This document shows positions 6,931-14,459 of a DNA stretch of 64,000 nt, in pieces. Numbering within the stretch: position 1 is the first letter of the stretch; every line of letters starts with the position of its first letter. The position numbers and the translations under genes are program-made. Under the pieces are notes generated by a model. That model was given only the letters and a program-made list of their open reading frames with translations. It did not search any database and was not told the origin of the DNA. The stretch is from a virus. The stretch lies in IMG/VR virus record IMGVR_UViG_3300010399_000032. One strand, written 5' to 3'.

Positions 6931-7006
6931 TGGAGGTCTAGCCCAGAATTGAACTGGGTTATACGGGTTTGCAATCCGCTACGTAAATCCGTTCCGCCAC
7001 TAGACC
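6931..7006 (-). tRNA. tRNA-Cys(GCA)
   Basis: Loop TT GCA AA, U73, CCA. Confidence 0.9.
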
Positions 7007-7011
7007 AATTT

Positions 7012-7085
7012 TGGTAGCCAGCGAGGGAGTCAAACCCACGTAACTAGTGTGTAAAACTAGCGTTCTTTCGTTGAACTAGCCGGCC
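7012..7085 (-). tRNA. tRNA-Val(UAC)
   Basis: CTAGT-TT TAC AC-ACTAG, A73, CCA. Confidence 0.88.
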
Positions 7086-7555
7086 ATAATGGCTTTATAA
7101 TGTTTATGCACAATGGTATCAGATACACCTAATGCCCTGGCCATCGCACGATAAGTTCCATATATTTGTTTTAATTCAAGTAAATCTATTGATGACCAAT
7201 CTAATTTTGTAGCCGAAGGTAATTCATATTCGTGTAAATATTGATCGGCAATCGATTGATCAAAACTGGATGTATATATAACATTAAATATATGTGCTTC
7301 TCTATGACAATTTGCACATAATAGAGTACATTTTTTTAGTTCTTCAATTTGCCTAGGTAATGAAGCGTTTTTGAATTCTAATTCCTTAGTATTCATATCC
7401 AAATGATGAAATTCGAGCGCTGCGTTACATTTGTTATAACCACAATTTTGACATTTATTTCCCATAATATGGAGTAATCTAAGTTTAACCTTCCTTCTCC
7501 ATTCAGTCATCTTTTTTGATCTTGGTTTAACTTGTGACATATGTCTATACCTCAA
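7076..7555 (-). CDS. HNH endonuclease, probably a free-standing homing endonuclease
   Basis: CQNCG...LEFHH...LLCANCHREAH motif and C-terminal HTH-like segment; CTAAATA at 7568-7574. Confidence 0.85.
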   Translation of the reverse strand: MRYRHMSQVKPRSKKMTEWRRKVKLRLLHIMGNKCQNCGYNKCNAALEFHHLDMNTKELEFKNASLPRQIEELKKCTLLCANCHREAHIFNVIYTSSFDQSIADQYLHEYELPSATKLDWSSIDLLELKQIYGTYRAMARALGVSDTIVHKHYKAIMAG

Positions 7556-7607
7556 ACATTATATCACTATTTAGTTAACTTTGATCACCTGGCTCAGGGG
7601 GCAAACT

Positions 7608-7880
7608 TTAATCCTGTTGCTCTAACTTTTCCTTGACTTTCTTGGATATCTTAGCAAGTTTTTGTGGGTTAGTCAACTTCTTATCTTTTAAAACATTATC
7701 AATTTCATGAAAAGATCCACGGTACCAATAAAGCCCTGATTCCATTGCATTTGCATGGATCTGAATCCGTTCAATAACCGCAGCAAGCCCAGAATAATCG
7801 CGGGTTTCATGCATTTTCCTGAGTGTTTCCAACTCAGTACAGATATAATCATCAGTCAAAATACGATATTGTTTGGACAT
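7608..7880 (-). CDS. Hypothetical protein
   Basis: AAGGT SD, 90-aa frame. Confidence 0.65.
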   Translation of the reverse strand: MSKQYRILTDDYICTELETLRKMHETRDYSGLAAVIERIQIHANAMESGLYWYRGSFHEIDNVLKDKKLTNPQKLAKISKKVKEKLEQQD

Positions 7881-7897
7881 TACGATAACCTTAAATT

Positions 7898-7972
7898 TGG
7901 TAGGGCCCGGCAGACTCGAACTGCCGTATTGCGGATAACGTTATCTTCCGCCTAAGCTTCCTTGCTTGCCCC
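7898..7972 (-). ncRNA. Degenerate tRNA-like RNA with no readable anticodon
   Basis: Perfect T-arm GGCAG-TTCGAGT-CTGCC and ACCA end; 5-bp acceptor; GCGGA/TCCGC stem with 11-nt loop. Confidence 0.55.
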
Positions 7973-7976
7973 ATAA

Positions 7977-8059
7977 TGGAGGACACGGTGGGACTCGAAC
8001 CCACGGTGTTGTATAGCGGATTAAAAGTCCGCGCCGTTCGCCACTACGGTAACGTGTCC
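7977..8059 (-). tRNA. tRNA-Lys(UUU) with an 11-nt variable region
   Basis: GCGGA-CT TTT AA-TCCGC, U73, CCA. Confidence 0.88.
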
Positions 8060-8108
8060 ATTCTGCATGGCTGGCTACCTCTATGAACTATAAGCTATAC
8101 AACATCAA

Positions 8109-8738
8109 TTAGACTCGACCTTTATACCATCCATCCGGTATGGAGTCAAGCTTTTTAATTTTTCTATTGGTGATACCATCCGTTATCCACATGGTACCAA
8201 ATTGGGAATTTTTTGTTCCAGTTTGGTGAATTGAATTTGCTTCACCAATTTTTCGTTTGGTTTCTAATGAATGGTTTCGGCCAACCCAATGGTGTATATA
8301 ACCAGCTTGATGTGTTTTAATTAATAAAGAATTTGAAATATTTGCAGACCATTCCTGTTTCCAATTAGAATTCTGCATTAATAATTGTAAATTTTTTGTT
8401 CCAATTTTCCTGTTTTCTTTTGCTATTTCAGCATGTTTAGGATAATTCCATAATTCATTTTGGTTAATATATCCAAACCCACCTTTACCACCTTCACAAA
8501 GATTATAACTCTGCTCGGAAATTACTACCAACTCCTTTTCCTTGGCATTCATTTCTTCCTCAGTCTGGAATACATGGAGGATTTCCTTGGTAAAATTGGA
8601 TTTACCGTATTTTTGAATGGCTCTCCTGATTAATCTACCGGAGCCCATATAACCATCGTTGAGGTCTTTGGTTTGATGCTTCCCGATATAGAATTTACCG
8701 TTGAGGTTATTAGTTATTTTATAGATGGTATAAAACAA
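8109..8738 (-). CDS. GIY-YIG (Seg-like) homing endonuclease
   Basis: IYKITN...FYIGKH...YMGSG motif, NUMOD3-like HSLETKRKIG, C-terminal MWITDG...GWYKGR. Confidence 0.9.
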   Translation of the reverse strand: MFYTIYKITNNLNGKFYIGKHQTKDLNDGYMGSGRLIRRAIQKYGKSNFTKEILHVFQTEEEMNAKEKELVVISEQSYNLCEGGKGGFGYINQNELWNYPKHAEIAKENRKIGTKNLQLLMQNSNWKQEWSANISNSLLIKTHQAGYIHHWVGRNHSLETKRKIGEANSIHQTGTKNSQFGTMWITDGITNRKIKKLDSIPDGWYKGRV

Positions 8739-8742
8739 TTAG

Positions 8743-8793
8743 GAAATCTCCGGAAGAAAGGTTTTATACCTTATTTCTACTTCCGGAGATTTC
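8743..8793 (-). promoter_or_regulatory. 14-bp hairpin covering the SD of the GIY-YIG gene
   Basis: GAAATCTCCGGAAG/CTTCCGGAGATTTC inverted repeat; GGAG in the 3' arm; TATAAAA in the loop. Confidence 0.55.
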
Positions 8794-8797
8794 AATG

Positions 8798-8868
8798 TTG
8801 GGGAAACTGGATTCGAACCAATATAGGCGATTCCAAAGACCGCCGTCCTGCCGTTAGACGATTCCCCA
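8798..8868 (-). tRNA. tRNA-Gln(UUG); CCA not encoded
   Basis: GCGGT-CT TTG GA-ATCGC, U1:A72. Confidence 0.88.
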
Positions 8869-9028
8869 TAAAAAATCTGTGGTAGCCCATTGGTTATCAA
8901 GAAACGACCAGGCATATGACCTCCTGGCTACCACCACAATTTGCAAGGCTGGTGTGCATTTACCGCAGCAATCCTCACACCATTTAACAATCAAGTTTTA
9001 TCGCCAGAGGCTTCTTGATTGCACCTAT

Positions 9029-9102
9029 TGGAGCGAGCGGAGGGAATCGAACCCTCGTCTAAACGTTGGCAACGTCTGGCTCTACCATTGAGCTACGCCA
9101 GC
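9029..9102 (-). tRNA. tRNA-Gly(GCC)
   Basis: Loop TT GCC AA, U73, CCA. Confidence 0.92.
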
Positions 9103-9109
9103 ATTAATT

Positions 9110-9183
9110 TGGCACGTCAACTCAGAGTCAAACTGAGGCCCTCGGGTTTGGAGGCCGATGTGCTATCGTAACACTTTTGACGT
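9110..9183 (-). tRNA. tRNA-Trp(CCA)
   Basis: Loop CT CCA AA, A1:U72, G73, CCA; A8 and U11:A24. Confidence 0.88.
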
Positions 9184-9191
9184 GTATAAAC

Positions 9192-9267
9192 TGGTGCCTA
9201 AGGAGGAAATCGAATCCCCGACGCGTGGATCTTCAATCCACCGCTCTACCGACTGAGCTACATAGGC
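9192..9267 (-). tRNA. tRNA-Phe(GAA)
   Basis: GTGGA-TT GAA GA-TCCAC, CCA. Confidence 0.92.
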
Positions 9268-9275
9268 ATAAAATT

Positions 9276-9350
9276 TGGTAGTCCTACACGGCTTCGAACC
9301 GCAGATACACCCCTATCAAGGGCGCGTTTTTCCAACTAAACTATAGGACC
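9276..9350 (-). tRNA. tRNA-Ile(GAU)
   Basis: CGCCC-TT GAT AG-GGGTG, CCA. Confidence 0.88.
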
Positions 9351-9351
9351 A

Positions 9352-9428
9352 TGGCTCCGGTCGCTGGTTTCGAACCAGCCGTACATTGATTAACAGTCAA
9401 TTGCCTCCACCAAGTTGGCTTGACCGGA
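9352..9428 (-). tRNA. tRNA-Asn(GUU)
   Basis: ATTGA-CT GTT AA-TCAAT, G73, CCA. Confidence 0.92.
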
Positions 9429-9439
9429 ATAATTCTTAA

Positions 9440-9468
9440 TTTATATCATAATATGGAAAGAATGGCAA
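9440..9468 (-). promoter_or_regulatory. Sigma70-like promoter ahead of a tRNA block
   Basis: TTGCCA-17 nt-TATAAA with TGn extension, just upstream of tRNA-Asn. Confidence 0.6.
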
Positions 9469-9488
9469 TAGAGTACCTATTATTTATT

Positions 9489-10100
9489 TCAAGTAAGCAC
9501 CAATGAACCATTATTGCCGGGATTGCCGTTTAGACCGCCGTTCTCGCCGGTGCCACCGGCGCCGCCGGAACCGACTGATACGGTTATCGCCACACCAGCC
9601 GAAAAGAGTGAGGCCGTCTTTATAGCCCGACCACCTGTGCCTCCTGCTCCACCTGAGCCGGCGCCAATACCTGCTCCACCTGAGCCGCCGGTACTGCCGC
9701 CGGCCGTGGTGTTAATATCGCCACCCGAGGCCGTGCCGGAAGCGCCGGCCGATCCGTTTGCGGTAGGGTTGCGCTGGCCGCCTTGGCCGCCACCGCCACC
9801 GTTGCCGGTCACGCCGTTTAGACTAGTCTGTCCCCCGGTGCCGCCGGTGCCGGCTATCTGTTGTGTCGAACCACCACTTTCGGAGCCTCCACCACCACCA
9901 CCTCCCGCGGCAATCGCGTCAACTTTGGCGCTAAATGTAAATAGCGGGGTAAGAGTCCATGAGCCGGGCCCGAAGGTGACGGCGCCATTAGCATCAAGGT
10001 CCCATAAGGTTCGCCCTGAAACCGCAGGAGAAATATTAAACTGTCTCGGAGCATATCCGAAACCACCTATAGCAGCGCCAAGCCCTGGTACAATAGTCAT
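9489..10100 (-). CDS. Glycine-rich protein, probably virion or fibre associated
   Basis: GGGGGG and GxGGxGG repeats; CTAAATA late motif at 10131-10137. Confidence 0.75.
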   Translation of the reverse strand: MTIVPGLGAAIGGFGYAPRQFNISPAVSGRTLWDLDANGAVTFGPGSWTLTPLFTFSAKVDAIAAGGGGGGGSESGGSTQQIAGTGGTGGQTSLNGVTGNGGGGGQGGQRNPTANGSAGASGTASGGDINTTAGGSTGGSGGAGIGAGSGGAGGTGGRAIKTASLFSAGVAITVSVGSGGAGGTGENGGLNGNPGNNGSLVLT

Positions 10101-10145
10101 AGAATCTTCCTAAATCGATGAATGATCACCTATTTAGGAAGAATT

Positions 10146-10346
10146 TTAAATGTTTACCCCTGAAAGTGACAGTGGATGAACTAGCAACACAATACCTGCA
10201 ATTGCCCATATCAACCATCCTAGGATGGCTTTAAGCCCACCATCCATGAACGGTGCTGTAGAAATCAACCAATTCAATCCAACTGCAACTGCAATAACGA
10301 CAATAGCAAAAATTGCAAATGTTAATAGTGCTGTGGCTGTAATCAT
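10146..10346 (-). CDS. Small membrane protein with two hydrophobic helices
   Basis: GAGGA SD before MITATALLTF...; the longer listed start overlaps tRNA-Gly. Confidence 0.7.
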   Translation of the reverse strand: MITATALLTFAIFAIVVIAVAVGLNWLISTAPFMDGGLKAILGWLIWAIAGIVLLVHPLSLSGVNI

Positions 10347-10363
10347 TGATTGCTTCCTCTTAT

Positions 10364-10438
10364 TGGAGCGGCCAGGGAGATTCGAACTCCCGACGTATTG
10401 CTTGGAAGGCAATCATTCTACCCCTGAATTATAGCCGC
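10364..10438 (-). tRNA. tRNA-Gly(UCC)
   Basis: ATTGC-CT TCC AA-GCAAT, U73, CCA. Confidence 0.93.
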
Positions 10439-10440
10439 AT

Positions 10441-11133
10441 TTATTTCTTCAAAAGTTTATCAATAGAATCTAATGTGGCAAACCAGGAAATGTTGTTATT
10501 ATCACTCTGGACGAACGATGCTAACCCCACCAAATAGTATTGCCCATTTATATTTGCATATAATCCACCACCTGAATTACCTACATCAAGTGGTACGGAC
10601 GTTCGATAAAATAATCCAGAAATATCTGGAACAGGAGACTTGGTTACTGACCCGAATTCTCCATTAGTCTTTAAAATACCTTCCGCTCTAGGAAAACCTA
10701 CGGTGAATAAAGCATCACCAAATTGTGGGATATATCCTTTTGGGGCCAGTTGAACATATGGTTCTTTAATACTGGTATCTTGTAATTTCAAAATAGCTAT
10801 ATCATTGGATATATCTAATGAAACCAATGATAATTTATAATGAGTTTCAGTTACAACGTTAAGATTGGTATCTACCGAAACGTCATGCAAACTAAATGAG
10901 GTTCCCACCTTTCCATTATCCGCAACACAGTGACCGGCTGTTAAATATTCTGTGGGGCTAATAAATTCACCCGAACAGGTAGCGGATTCTGCATTACCCG
11001 ATGCATCAGCCATACCAGAAGTGTAAAGTTCCTTGGTTGCTGATTGAATGGTGGCTAAACTACTCGCAAAAACAGGGCTCGATAATCCAAGGATTAATCC
11101 AACCCCTATGATAACTGATTTGAAAATATTCAT
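10441..11133 (-). CDS. Exported trypsin-like (S1) serine protease
   Basis: Triad motifs LTAGHCV, DIAIL, GNSGGGL; signal peptide after ATG 11133 with AGGAG SD; ATAAATA at 11157-11163. Confidence 0.88.
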   Translation of the reverse strand: MNIFKSVIIGVGLILGLSSPVFASSLATIQSATKELYTSGMADASGNAESATCSGEFISPTEYLTAGHCVADNGKVGTSFSLHDVSVDTNLNVVTETHYKLSLVSLDISNDIAILKLQDTSIKEPYVQLAPKGYIPQFGDALFTVGFPRAEGILKTNGEFGSVTKSPVPDISGLFYRTSVPLDVGNSGGGLYANINGQYYLVGLASFVQSDNNNISWFATLDSIDKLLKK

Positions 11134-11178
11134 AATGTCTCCTTTCATGGAAACCCTATTTATGAATATTTTCGAAAA

Positions 11179-11268
11179 TGGTGGGTCCCCGAGGACTCGA
11201 ACCTCTCGTCCACCCCCTACCGGTTTCATAGACAGCGGTTTTACAGACCGCAGGCAGGAAAGGGACCC
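11179..11268 (-). tRNA. Non-canonical tRNA-Tyr(GUA) without a conventional D-arm
   Basis: Acceptor GGGTCCC/GGGACCC, 10-nt linker, GCGGT-CT GTA AA-ACCGC, 28-nt extra region, TTCGAGT loop, ACCA. Confidence 0.75.
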
Positions 11269-11272
11269 GAAA

Positions 11273-11366
11273 TGGCGGATAGTGTAGGATTTGAACCCAC
11301 GGAACGGGATGATTACCGTTCAACAGTTTTCAGGACTGCCGGCATAAGCCACTCGCCCAACTATCC
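11273..11366 (-). tRNA. tRNA-Ser(UGA)
   Basis: Long V-arm, G73, loop CC TGA AA (C33), CCA. Confidence 0.92.
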
Positions 11367-11375
11367 ATTAAATTT

Positions 11376-11454
11376 TGGTGGACTCGGTCGGAATCGAACC
11401 GACCTCAGCCTCCTTGCAAGGGAGGCTCGCCTAACCCTTGGTACATTCGAGCCC
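11376..11454 (-). tRNA. tRNA-Ala(UGC) with an irregular D-arm
   Basis: G3:U70, A73, CCTCC-CT TGC AA-GGAGG, CCA. Confidence 0.88.
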
Positions 11455-11531
11455 ATTGAATTTTGGATGACCTCAGGCTTTCCAGTCATCCCGATTGAGA
11501 TTTTACCACCAATGGTACTCAATCATATTTA

Positions 11532-11608
11532 TGGCGTCGGGCGTGGTTCTAACCCACATTCGAGTTTCCGGTTGTTCCTACCGGGCTCAGCATCATGCTA
11601 TACCCAAC
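11532..11608 (-). ncRNA. Degenerate tRNA-like RNA
   Basis: Acceptor GTTGGGT/GCCCGAC plus GCCA; three internal hairpins (AGCA/TGCT, CCGGT/ACCGG, GTGG/CCAC) with non-canonical loops. Confidence 0.5.
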
Positions 11609-11613
11609 AAAAA

Positions 11614-11687
11614 TGGCGGTTCCAAGGGGAATCGAACCCCTGTGACTTGATAGACGGTCAAGCATTCTACCATTGAACTATGGAACC
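11614..11687 (-). tRNA. tRNA-Asp(GUC)
   Basis: CTTGA-CC GTC TA-TCAAG (C33, U37), G73, CCA. Confidence 0.9.
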
Positions 11688-11692
11688 AAAAA

Positions 11693-11864
11693 TGGCACAT
11701 TCCGCGGGATTCGAACCAGTCCACCGTCACAGTGGCTTTTTACGCATCTCCAGGCCCGAAACCAAACAAGCTTTTGACTGACTAGGTCTAATCACTGGGT
11801 ATATTTGGCTGGTTTCCTTACGGCCCAACCGACCTGGTGTTTTACCATTTACTACTAGGAATGT
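11693..11864 (-). ncRNA. 172-nt tRNA-like RNA with an expanded anticodon domain and split T-stem
   Basis: Acceptor ACATTCC/GGAATGT plus GCCA; ATGGTAAAAC D-like strand; CCAGGTC/GGCCTGG stem; GGTTCGAATCC loop. Confidence 0.6.
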
Positions 11865-11867
11865 AAC

Positions 11868-12002
11868 TCGATTACGTCTAAGGTTAATCTTGTGCTGGTC
11901 GGTGTTGAACCGGCATCGAGGCGCTTTCGACACCCCATTTTTCCTTAAACTACATCCAATTTGAGGCCTCGCGATGGCCATGTTAACCTTAGACGTAATC
12001 GA
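11868..12002 (-). ncRNA. Structured RNA closed by a perfect 20-bp inverted repeat around tRNA-like arms
   Basis: TCGATTACGTCTAAGGTTAA (11868-11887) is the reverse complement of 11983-12002; interior has D-like, anticodon-like and GGTTCAAC T-like hairpins. Confidence 0.5.
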
Positions 12003-12321
12003 ATAGAAATTTTCCAGTACCGAAGTCACGCCAACGATTTTGTGACTTTCACCCTTCTCGGGCACATTACCAGGCTCATCCCCATCGCGGTGCCTGTTTC
12101 AAACATACTGGCAGGTAGGGCAATTTTCGACTATCACCACAACCTCAAGCTTACCAGGATTGTTCTAGAATTTGCCTGGTATAGCCTTTGAACTAAATTG
12201 GTGCGGCACTCTCTGCGGGCTTTTACCACACTTATCGCATGTCTGGCCGTTGTGTCGCGGAAAACCAGAAGTGCTTTCTGTGACAGAGGAAGCCAATTGG
12301 TCTTATTTTCCTCTGTCAAAT

Positions 12322-12398
12322 TGGTCTGGCTAGAAAGATTCAAACTTTCGACCCCCTGGTCCCAAGCCAGGTGCTCTATCAAGCTGAGCTATAGCCAG
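12322..12398 (-). tRNA. tRNA-Pro(UGG)
   Basis: CCTGG-CT TGG GA-CCAGG, C1:G72, A73, CCA. Confidence 0.9.
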
Positions 12399-12480
12399 TC
12401 AAGAATTTAATGGGCCAATGTTTTGATAACCGAGAATTGGTCCTTTACACCTTTCGGCGCACCTCTATACTCGGTAGAAA

Positions 12481-12559
12481 TGGTCGGCCCTGTGGGATTC
12501 GAACTCACGATCCCCTGCTCCCAAAGCAGGTGCTTTAAACCACACTAAGCTAAAAGCCG
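12481..12559 (-). tRNA. tRNA-Pro(UGG), second divergent copy
   Basis: CCTGC-TT TGG GA-GCAGG, C1:G72, A73, CCA. Confidence 0.92.
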
Positions 12560-12796
12560 TTTTAAGAATAAGAAATCTGGGTCTGCCCCAACGCCTGAGG
12601 CGCTATCCTCAAGTTCAATTACCATGGCAGATAGGTTGGATTCGTCCTGTGGTCCGCAGACACACCTTCATCCTCGGGCTTTCGTTCCCAGAAACTAAGC
12701 CGGTGCAGTTTATTTAGCCCGCCGGAAGGCTCTACTCTTATATCCTTCTCCTCACCCCTTGGGTACCTGGGTTCGATACGTCCTGATATAAGAAAC

Positions 12797-13156
12797 TTAA
12801 TACTTCTCCCACCGGTCCTTCATCTTTTCGATGTTTTCCTGAGGAACACCATGGAGATTAACATAGGAACCTTCCATAGTCAAGACCGTTTTGGGGTTGG
12901 GTAAATTCAGATACTTCTGGAATTCCCAAATTCGTGAAAAGGTGTTAGCTACTGCAACATCCGTATTCCTTAACCACCAAAGTACCTCATTATAGCACCA
13001 TTCGTGGGCCTGTGGCAACTTCGATGGATTGAACTGATATTCGCCAGCATTCTCAAAAAACTGGTCGGACTCAACTACCTTGACTCCGAGTTTGTGGGCA
13101 AAAGTACTCTTACCAGAGCCAGGAAGCCCACGAATGATATAAAGATGGTTCATCAT
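12797..13156 (-). CDS. Small P-loop kinase (AAA_33 / polynucleotide-kinase-like)
   Basis: RGLPGSGKST Walker A, VANTF, HGVP motifs. Confidence 0.85.
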   Translation of the reverse strand: MMNHLYIIRGLPGSGKSTFAHKLGVKVVESDQFFENAGEYQFNPSKLPQAHEWCYNEVLWWLRNTDVAVANTFSRIWEFQKYLNLPNPKTVLTMEGSYVNLHGVPQENIEKMKDRWEKY

Positions 13157-13380
13157 TTATCCATATAAGTGTCAACCCAAAGGGACCAGACACCCCGCGC
13201 TTCCTTCTCGGTCAACCCGTAGGTATCAGCCAGAATAGGAGCAGCACCAAACATATTCACCAGACCCGACTCGCGGAGAGCATCGAGGAAGCCATAGAAC
13301 TTCTTAAGCTCATCCTGGGTAAAAACACGGGTACTATTCGAGGTATTCTTGGTCATCACGACCTCGTTCTCTAAACTCAT
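13153..13380 (-). CDS. Hypothetical phage protein
   Basis: FLDALRESGLVNMFGAAP segment; coupled to the kinase gene. Confidence 0.65.
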   Translation of the reverse strand: MSLENEVVMTKNTSNSTRVFTQDELKKFYGFLDALRESGLVNMFGAAPILADTYGLTEKEARGVWSLWVDTYMDK

Positions 13381-14155
13381 AATGGAGATATAATGCTTAT
13401 CCTCAGATTTTCAATGGTCAGAATTTGAAATATTTTTGCGTTGTTTTTGCTTTTCAGAGAATTCTTTTGTATGTTTCATCGCCTGATCAATGGCTTTTTG
13501 CAAGTTAACGATTTTAAGGTATAACATCAAACCATCTTGCCAACCATCTTCCTTACATCCGGCTAATGCATAAGTCACTAATTCTGTTTGCATTTCGCTT
13601 GCAGTTTTAGCGATATAACTCAAATCAGACTTATAAAACTTAGTCATATCACCGATTCATCTTTTAATATACATCAAACCCAATTCACTTACAGGTTTAT
13701 AACCGTTAGATAATAATTCCTCTTTGGTCTTGGAATTCTCATATAATAGTTTTACCGCGTTATTACTAATTGGTTGAACGCCAATTAATTCCTGCGCAAT
13801 TTTATTTGGGCCGTTTTCCCGTATTTTTCGTAATTCATCCGGATTTAGCATTAAACACCATCACCCAGGTGCAAATCATGTATCATCTTGGCTGCCATAA
13901 TAATCCCAAATAGGATTAAACCAATGACAAAAACTAACTCGGTGTAAAAGATGATCTGGCTCATTTAATATTTAGAATACGAATAAATCATAACAAAAAT
14001 CAATGTAAGTACAGCCGAGAATATTGCTGTAATGAAAAATCTATTTTGAATGTCTGGATATGGAAGCCAAATGGCCAATAACCCGGTAACAATCACTATA
14101 ATTCCCGTGACCCAAAACATCCAAGCTTTAATCATCATATTCTCATTATTTAATG

Positions 14156-14231
14156 TGGTGCGCAAGGTGGGGGTTGAACCCACGCTACCAGCGTTTTGAG
14201 GGCTGCGACTCTACCTTTGGTCTACTTGCGC
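14156..14231 (-). tRNA. tRNA-Leu(CAA), short variable loop
   Basis: Loop CT CAA AA, A73, CCA; body nearly identical to tRNA-Leu(UAG) at 2817. Confidence 0.88.
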
Positions 14232-14459
14232 TTAAAATCCGTGAGTATCATATGGTTCGCGAACCCTGGTATCACCCAAAAATGAACTATACATACCAGA
14301 CGCGAGAGAAATTATAACCAACACAATGGCGGTTGCTATCATACTTGATTGAGTGTCACCCGATTCCCAACAAGCAATAAGGGCACCTAACCCAGCCGAA
14401 ATTGCTGCAAATAAAGAAACAATACCCCAGAATAATCGATAACCTTCACTCTTATGCAT
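14232..14459 (-). CDS. Small membrane protein
   Basis: Two hydrophobic helices, AGGA SD. Confidence 0.6.
   Translation of the reverse strand: MHKSEGYRLFWGIVSLFAAISAGLGALIACWESGDTQSSMIATAIVLVIISLASGMYSSFLGDTRVREPYDTHGF

Noticed and set aside
9514-10113. Proline-rich 199-aa plus-strand ORF
   Set aside because: Antisense shadow of the glycine-rich gene (GGN codons read as NCC).
11134-11229. Longer N-terminus for the serine protease
   Set aside because: Overlaps the Tyr tRNA; ATG 11133 has an SD, a signal peptide and an upstream promoter motif.
11272-12410. ORFs 11272-11676, 11727-12065, 11961-12191, 12134-12382 and 12198-12410
   Set aside because: They overlap tRNA or structured RNA genes and show no protein motifs.
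3991-12800. tmRNA, RNase P RNA or theta (HDV-like) ribozymes among the structured RNAs
   Set aside because: No Ala-type acceptor with tag frame other than tRNA-Ala, no GAGGAAAGTCC motif, and no complete HDV topology found by eye; an Infernal search is still warranted.
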